A DNA stretch of 10,205 nt from a virus (taxonomy: Duplodnaviria; Heunggongvirae; Uroviricota; Caudoviricetes). The DNA lies in IMG/VR virus record IMGVR_UViG_2531839454_000024; one strand, written 5' to 3'. Shown here piece after piece: positions 5,359-10,205 of the stretch. The notes beneath the pieces are model-generated. The model worked only from the letters and a program-made list of their open reading frames with translations. It did not search any database and was not told the DNA's origin. The number at the start of each line of letters is the position of its first letter. Position 1 is the first letter of the stretch. The position numbers were made by a program, and so were the translations under genes.

Positions 5359-8027
5359 CAATACAGACGGTTACGCAGATTTCAGCCGCCGCACGGGGGA
5401 AATGGCCCGTTATTCTGCAGATGCTGCGTATTGATGTACCTGAAAACGGCAGGCACGGCCCCTGCCCGAAATGTGGGGGCAAGGATCGTTTTCGCCTTGA
5501 TGACCTTGACGGGCGCGGGACGTGGATCTGCAGCCAGTGTGGCAATGGTGACGGTCTGGATCTGGTTAAGCTCGTAACCGGTTACAGCGTCAGAAAGGCT
5601 GCGCAGGAGGTGGCGCAGGTGCTTAATGTGCCGGATGTGCAGGAACTGCCTGTTAAGCCTGCCAGACAAAAAGCCCCTAAACGCGACATGGGTCTTACCG
5701 TGGCGGCGCTGATGAAAGAGAGCCACACGGGAGAAAGCGCCTATCTGACAGGAAAAGGGTTCGCCGGATACCCGGCCTCTCTGACCGGAAGCGTGCAGCA
5801 TATCAGCGGTAAGGATTTTCCTGCCGGTTCCCTGCTGTTACCACTCACGACCAACACCGGAGCCGTGACCGGTGCACAGCTTATCGCCCCGACGGGTGAA
5901 AAAAGCATACTGCCCGGCAGCACGATGAAAGGCGCGTTTGTGTCGCTCAGCCCGTTACCGTCTGAACCACCGGTACAGGTGGTGATTACCGAAGGTTACG
6001 CTACGGCGCTGACGGTAAGCCAGCTCACTGCCGGATGCGTAGTGGCTGCCATATCTGCGGGCAACCTGCCCAATGTGGCGCAGTCGCTGCGGGCACGCTG
6101 GCCTGAGGTAAAAATTATCATCGCCGGTGATAACGATTTTCAGGACGGGGGGGAGAATCCCGGCAGAGCCTTTGCTGAACGGGCGGCAAAAGCTGTTGGC
6201 GGCTGGATGACGCTGCCACCAGGAGAGATTAAGGCTGACTGGAATGACTTTCATCGGGAGCACGGTATTACCCGTGCCCGTGAAGCCTTTCGCAACGGTC
6301 TGGTACTGTGCGGGGAAGGCCGCACGCAACTGCCGCACGGGTTCCGTCTTACCCAGGAATATCTCTGGTATGAAAAGCAGGTACAGCGCAACGGTGAGAC
6401 GGAGATCCAGAACGTCAAAATATGCAGCCCGCTGCGCGTGACGGCAATCACCTGCGATGCCGATGGCGGTAACTTCGGACGACTGCTGGAATGGGAAGAT
6501 ACGTGGGGTGAGTGTCGCCGCTGGGCGATGCCGATGGAAATGCTGAGCGGCAGTGGTGAGGAACTGCGCCGGGTACTGCTGGTTAACGGGCTGTCTTATA
6601 TCAGCACCACCGGTGAGGCACGCGCACGCCTGATGGAATATATCTCACTGTGTAAACCGGAACGCCGCGTGACCTGCGTCAGTCGTACTGGCTGGCATGG
6701 TCAGGTTTACGTCCTGCAGGATGAGGTCAGCGGTGAAGGTGCAGAGGGTGTCATTCTCCAGACCACTTCCGTGCAGGGGCGTGATTTCCGCGTGTCGGGC
6801 ACAACAGAGGAATGGCGGGAGCATGTATCCCGCTACTGTACCGGCAACTCCCGCGTGGCATTTGCTGTCAGCCTGGCCTTTGCTGCACCACTGTTACGGC
6901 TGGTTGGTATGGACGGCGGCGGCTACCACCTAAAAGGGGAATCGACAGACGGTAAGACCACCACCATGAAAGCGGCAACCTCCGTCTGCGGCGGGCCTGA
7001 CTACTGGCAGACATGGCGGGCCACCGGCAACGCGCTGGAGGGATGCGCCAGCCGCCGCAACGATGCCGCCATGATGCTTGATGAGATCCGGGAAGTTGAC
7101 GGACGCGAGGCAGGCAATATCGCCTACATGCTGGCAAACGGTCAGGGCAAGGGCCGTGCCGGTACGGACGGTGAGCTGCGTACCCGTAAGCAGTGGCGCC
7201 TGTTGTTCTTTTCAACTGGCGAGTTGTCTCTGACCGAACATGCGGCAAAGGCCGGTGAGCGTACTTTTGCCGGGATGGAAGTCAGGATGATCCAGATCCC
7301 AAGCGATTCCGGGAAGTTTGGCGTTTTTGAGGAGCTGCACGGCTTCGACAGCGGCAAGGCTCTGGCAGAGCATCTTGAATGGGCCACGTCCTGCTACTAC
7401 GGTTCGCCGTTCCGGGAGTGGCTGAAAGCACTGACCGCTGATCTTAACGGACTAACGGCACAGGCAAAATCGCTGATGAAGGAATATGCTGCCGCCCTGA
7501 CTCCTAAAGATGCAGGCAATCAGGTGGGCCGGGCTGTGAACCGCTTTGCACTGGTGGCGATGGCAGGTGAACTGGCAACCCGTCTGGGTATCACCGGCTG
7601 GCCTGAGGGTGAAGCACTGCGGGCAACCCGCGTCTGCCTGAACGCATGGCTGAAAGATCGCGGGCACACCGCCAATCAGGAAGATATCGCCGCACTGGAG
7701 CAGGTTCGCAGTTTCTTTACCGCGAATCAGTACAGCCGCTTTGCAGACTGGTATGACGAGCGCAACCGCCCCGGCAATATGGTGGGCTGGCGCAGGGTGG
7801 AGAAAGGCAGTACCGCGCAGGGCACGGAAGCTGTCACTACGTTCTATGTCATGCCGTCCGGCTGGAAAGAAATCTGCAGGGGATTTGACCCGCGTAAGGT
7901 GGCGCGTCTGTGCGCAGATCGTGGATACCTGCTGCCCTCCACTGATGGCAAACTCCAGACAACCATTCGCCCGCCAGAGATGAATCCCCGCAGGCTCTAT
8001 GTCTTCAACAGCGAGGTGCCGGGTTAA
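5355..8027 (+). CDS. Primase-helicase, P4 alpha-like (zinc-ribbon + TOPRIM + P-loop NTPase, DUF927-type)
   Basis: 890 aa. N-terminal CPKCGG...CSQCG zinc ribbon; TOPRIM-like ITEGYATALTV and IIAGDND; Walker A GESTDGKTT and Walker B-like MMLDEI. Iteron array lies immediately downstream. Confidence 0.9.
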   Translation: MTIQTVTQISAAARGKWPVILQMLRIDVPENGRHGPCPKCGGKDRFRLDDLDGRGTWICSQCGNGDGLDLVKLVTGYSVRKAAQEVAQVLNVPDVQELPVKPARQKAPKRDMGLTVAALMKESHTGESAYLTGKGFAGYPASLTGSVQHISGKDFPAGSLLLPLTTNTGAVTGAQLIAPTGEKSILPGSTMKGAFVSLSPLPSEPPVQVVITEGYATALTVSQLTAGCVVAAISAGNLPNVAQSLRARWPEVKIIIAGDNDFQDGGENPGRAFAERAAKAVGGWMTLPPGEIKADWNDFHREHGITRAREAFRNGLVLCGEGRTQLPHGFRLTQEYLWYEKQVQRNGETEIQNVKICSPLRVTAITCDADGGNFGRLLEWEDTWGECRRWAMPMEMLSGSGEELRRVLLVNGLSYISTTGEARARLMEYISLCKPERRVTCVSRTGWHGQVYVLQDEVSGEGAEGVILQTTSVQGRDFRVSGTTEEWREHVSRYCTGNSRVAFAVSLAFAAPLLRLVGMDGGGYHLKGESTDGKTTTMKAATSVCGGPDYWQTWRATGNALEGCASRRNDAAMMLDEIREVDGREAGNIAYMLANGQGKGRAGTDGELRTRKQWRLLFFSTGELSLTEHAAKAGERTFAGMEVRMIQIPSDSGKFGVFEELHGFDSGKALAEHLEWATSCYYGSPFREWLKALTADLNGLTAQAKSLMKEYAAALTPKDAGNQVGRAVNRFALVAMAGELATRLGITGWPEGEALRATRVCLNAWLKDRGHTANQEDIAALEQVRSFFTANQYSRFADWYDERNRPGNMVGWRRVEKGSTAQGTEAVTTFYVMPSGWKEICRGFDPRKVARLCADRGYLLPSTDGKLQTTIRPPEMNPRRLYVFNSEVPG

Positions 8028-8061
8028 GGCTTTGCGTGAGTCTTATTTATTAAGGGTAACA

Positions 8062-8249
8062 GGTGAAACAGGTGGAACAACCGTATTTTACAGGGCTGAA
8101 CCTGTTCCACCTTCTGAAATAGTGAGGTGGAACAGATGTAACGCCAGCCAATCCGCTGTTCCACCTTGTTACCCGCGATGTTCCACCGGTGCAGTGTATA
8201 TAAATGCTTTATAAAACAAAGCAGTAACACATGTTTCACCTGTTCCACC
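8062..8249. repeat. Iteron array, probable satellite replication origin
   Basis: Eight copies of the 9-mer TGTT(C/T)CACC. Plus orientation at 8103-8111, 8157-8165, 8179-8187, 8232-8240, 8241-8249; minus orientation at 8062-8070, 8071-8079, 8126-8134. Tandem pairs at both ends in opposite orientation. AT-rich stretch 8194-8231 sits between clusters. Confidence 0.6.
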
Positions 8250-8337
8250 GCATCAGGGACATAAAGCAGACTGAAACAGAGGGTATTTTTATCTGGCTGG
8301 CTTTCATAGCCACGTCTGAATAACCGCAAGCGTCCGT

Positions 8338-8393
8338 TGTGCCAGCCACCACACACTGAGCACCGATAGTGTGCTTGTGTCAGCCACGACACA
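8338..8393 (+). promoter_or_regulatory. Psid-like late promoter with two Ogr/Delta-type TGT-N12-ACA dyads
   Basis: TGT-N12-ACA at 8338-8355 and again at 8376-8393, centres 38 bp apart. ATG 8428 with SD AGGAG 8418-8422. Spacing is compatible with activator sites near -55 and -18 relative to a start around 8400. Confidence 0.5.
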
Positions 8394-8427
8394 ATTGACG
8401 TAACGAACCAACCCGACAGGAGAAGTC

Positions 8428-9171
8428 ATGAACAACACCGCAGTGAATAACAACCTTTCCACTTTTCCGGCTGTAACGCAGCGGGCACTGGAAACCATGA
8501 ACACAGCCAGAAACGCATGGCTTGAAGCACGTCGTCAGCAGAAAGCGGCAGCGGATAATATTGCGACAATCCGCCAGCGTCGCGCTGAAATGGAAGCCAC
8601 GACGAACACACTGAATGAGGAGTGGCGCACGCTGTTTCGTGAAAGTCAGGGCGTGGTCTCAAAGGAAATGAAAAAACTGCGCACGGAAATTGCGCTGGGA
8701 CGAGAAACGCTTGAGGATTTTGATGAGCTGCTGGCGGCTCAGGAAAGCGAAAATGCACTTTTGCCGCAGAAAGCTGCGGAATTAGCCGGAAAGTATATCC
8801 ACGCGCATAACATTCTTGTGGATATTCGCGCAAAACAAATCTGGGAAGATTTTATGCAGTCGCATGGAAAAGCGCTTATTCAGACGCTGAGCCTGCTTAA
8901 ATCCACAATGGGCCGGGAAGCCAGTGCCGTTGTGGGTGTGGTGAATTCAGTTAATGACCCGGACACAGTGCTGAAAGACTTTATTCATAAACATATCACC
9001 AGACCGGCTCTGGCTAACGATGCGATGCCTGAACAGGACCCGGTGTTTAAACTGGCGGGAGTTGCCCCGGATTATGCGGCGCGTCTGGATTTCAGTAATC
9101 AACTCTCTCCGGCAGCTATGCATAAAATAAAGGTTCGTCAGGAACTTGCTGAGAAGGAGAAAGCTGTATGA
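8428..9171 (+). CDS. Sid/Psu-family protein, probable capsid size determination (Sid-like) protein
   Basis: 247 aa (P4 Sid is about 244 aa). Helical, A/E/K/R/Q-rich. Contains WEDFMQSHGKAL, the same motif class as the next gene's SNFMQANGAAL. Sits behind the late promoter. Confidence 0.45.
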   Translation: MNNTAVNNNLSTFPAVTQRALETMNTARNAWLEARRQQKAAADNIATIRQRRAEMEATTNTLNEEWRTLFRESQGVVSKEMKKLRTEIALGRETLEDFDELLAAQESENALLPQKAAELAGKYIHAHNILVDIRAKQIWEDFMQSHGKALIQTLSLLKSTMGREASAVVGVVNSVNDPDTVLKDFIHKHITRPALANDAMPEQDPVFKLAGVAPDYAARLDFSNQLSPAAMHKIKVRQELAEKEKAV

Positions 9172-9719
9172 CGGCCCGAGGCACACCTGACCAGGCACTT
9201 ACCAGTTTTCGGAATGCCCGTATTCTGTGGGCCGGACATAGTGAGACCCGAAAAGCCGTTGAACAACAGATAGCATCTCTCCTCGCTGCCACAGAAAAAC
9301 CAACAGATTATGCCCGACAGCTCGAATTACTGCGGGAACGTCTGGATGTGCTGAAATGGCAAATTAACTGTGCTGCTCGCGAATGCATTTACTCGCAGCA
9401 TTTATTGATGGAGGCCTGCACTGAAGCTGCTCTCAGCAATTTTATGCAGGCGAATGGGGCAGCCCTGACATCTGCACTGGCTCCGTTCCTGAAGGGGCGC
9501 GGAGGGGTTGACGTTGCGTCCCGTATATTACGCAGTGCTCTGGTTCGCCAGCTGGCAATAACACCGCCTGAAATTGCCGGGGATTATCGTGAGATCCTGG
9601 ATGAATCCGGTTTGATGCCAGACCCCGGGATGATTCGTGATTGCCAGGGCTCTTACACCCCGGCACAACATCTGCGTTTTCAGCAACGCCTGAATGACAT
9701 TAACGATATACAGGAGTGA
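9168..9719 (+). CDS. psu: Psu-like polarity suppression protein
   Basis: 183 aa (P4 Psu is about 190 aa). Motifs KWQINCAARECI, FMQANGAALTSALAP and YTPAQ match my recollection of P4 Psu. Start ATGA overlaps the upstream stop. Followed by an Ogr/Delta-like gene. Confidence 0.6.
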   Translation: MTARGTPDQALTSFRNARILWAGHSETRKAVEQQIASLLAATEKPTDYARQLELLRERLDVLKWQINCAARECIYSQHLLMEACTEAALSNFMQANGAALTSALAPFLKGRGGVDVASRILRSALVRQLAITPPEIAGDYREILDESGLMPDPGMIRDCQGSYTPAQHLRFQQRLNDINDIQE

Positions 9720-9724
9720 TATTA

Positions 9725-9848
9725 ATGGCACTTAAATGTCCGGAATGCGGTACAGTTGCACACGCCAGAACAGCAGCCTATGAAGCTCCGTCAGTTAAAC
9801 GCTCGTGGTATCAGTGCCAGAATCTGGAATGTTCCTGCACATTTACGG
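9725..9848 (+). pseudogene. Ogr/Delta-like zinc-finger late-gene activator, truncated by IS66-family insertion
   Basis: MALKCPECGTVAHARTAAYEAPSVKRSWYQCQNLECSCTF aligns to the P2 Ogr pattern C-x2-C...HARTS...QCQN..C. Homology stops near codon 42, where the IS end GTAAGCG begins (9849). SD CAGGAG 9711-9716. Confidence 0.7.
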
Positions 9849-10205
9849 GTAAGCGACTCGTCAGAACCGTATTGATATTTACTGAGAGCTCAGATCAACT
9901 TTCCAGGGCAACAGATCGCGTACCCGGTTTGCCGGCCAATCCTGGATATGTTCAATGACGTAACGCAGCCACTTTTCTGGCTCCACATTGTTCAGACGGC
10001 ATGTGCCGATCAGCGAGTACAACACCGCCGCATGTTCACCACCGCTGTCGGAACCCGCGAACATCCAGTTTTTCCGGCCTACGGCCACTCCCCGTAAGGC
10101 GTTCTCTGCGATGTTGTTGTCGATTTCCACCCAGCCATTACTGCAGTACACGTTCAGTGCATCCCACTGTTTCAGCAGGTATGCGAACGCTTTTGCCGTA
10201 TCTGA
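9849..10205 (-). mobile_element. IS66-family insertion sequence, right-hand end only (continues past window edge)
   Basis: Terminus begins GTAAGCG at 9849-9855, typical of IS66-family ends. Carries the C-terminal part of an IS66-type transposase on the minus strand. Confidence 0.8.
9879..10205 (-). CDS. IS66-family transposase (TnpC), C-terminal fragment, 5' end outside window
   Basis: Minus-strand frame is open to the window edge. Translation ...AFAYLLKQWDALNVYCSNGWVEIDNNIAENALRGVAVGRKNWMFAGSDSGGEHAAVLYSLIGTCRLNNVEPEKWLRYVIEHIQDW... is the conserved IS66 transposase C-terminus. Stop TAA at 9879-9881. Confidence 0.85.
   Translation of the reverse strand, partial: SDTAKAFAYLLKQWDALNVYCSNGWVEIDNNIAENALRGVAVGRKNWMFAGSDSGGEHAAVLYSLIGTCRLNNVEPEKWLRYVIEHIQDWPANRVRDLLPWKVDLSSQ

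Larger units (their letters stand above)
1082..10205. mobile_element. Integrated P4-like phage satellite at argW (left junction in window, right end beyond window)
   Basis: Gene content beginning immediately after the tRNA 3' end: P4-type integrase, AlpA, Icd-like, zinc-ribbon/TOPRIM/P-loop primase, iterons, Psu-like, Ogr/Delta-like. The left boundary is inferred from the tRNA 3' end; the right boundary is not in the window. Confidence 0.75.

Noticed and set aside
5085-7667. Multiple antisense and alternate-frame ORFs inside the primase gene (e.g. 5159-5545 -, 5382-5801 -, 5955-6338 -, 6868-7248 -, 7142-7387 -)
   Set aside because: High-GC DNA produces long spurious open frames. Their translations are R/P/A/S-rich without protein-like pattern, and all lie fully inside the 890-aa primase ORF, which has clear motifs.
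8062-8249. Possible CRISPR array suggested by short repeated sequences
   Set aside because: Repeats are only 9 bp, occur in both orientations with irregular spacing, and have no uniform spacers. This is iteron (origin) organisation, not CRISPR.
7999-8833. ORFs 7999-8214 (+), 8024-8392 (-), 8304-8504 (-) and 8426-8833 (-)
   Set aside because: They run through the iteron array and late-promoter region or lie antisense to the well-supported Sid-like gene. Their translations are compositionally odd. Treated as chance frames.
9716-9724. GTG 9716 start for the Ogr/Delta-like ORF
   Set aside because: It overlaps the Psu-like stop and sits inside the SD (CAGGAG 9711-9716). ATG 9725 gives the canonical M-x-x-x-C-P-x-C N-terminus.

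Overview
The window opens in conserved enterobacterial chromosome: a yfdC-like FNT-family membrane protein gene (1-933) followed by tRNA-Arg(CCU) argW (1009-1083). From about 1082 to the right edge it is an integrated P4-like phage satellite. In order, the satellite carries a P4-type tyrosine integrase, an AT-rich orphan gene with its own promoter, an AlpA-family regulator, a small divergently oriented RHH-like gene, and a translationally coupled replication operon (Icd-like protein, three small unknown proteins, an 890-aa primase-helicase). Downstream lie an iteron-type origin (8 copies of TGTT(C/T)CACC), a late promoter with two TGT-N12-ACA dyads, a Sid-like gene, a Psu-like gene, and an Ogr/Delta-like zinc-finger gene that is cut off after about 41 codons by an IS66-family element running off the window. 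The best candidate for something undescribed is the compositionally foreign 293-aa gene directly downstream of int (2574-3455), which I cannot assign to any family. Also notable: the satellite's late promoter looks intact while its own activator gene is destroyed. All calls are from reading the sequence and recalled family knowledge; no database search was run.
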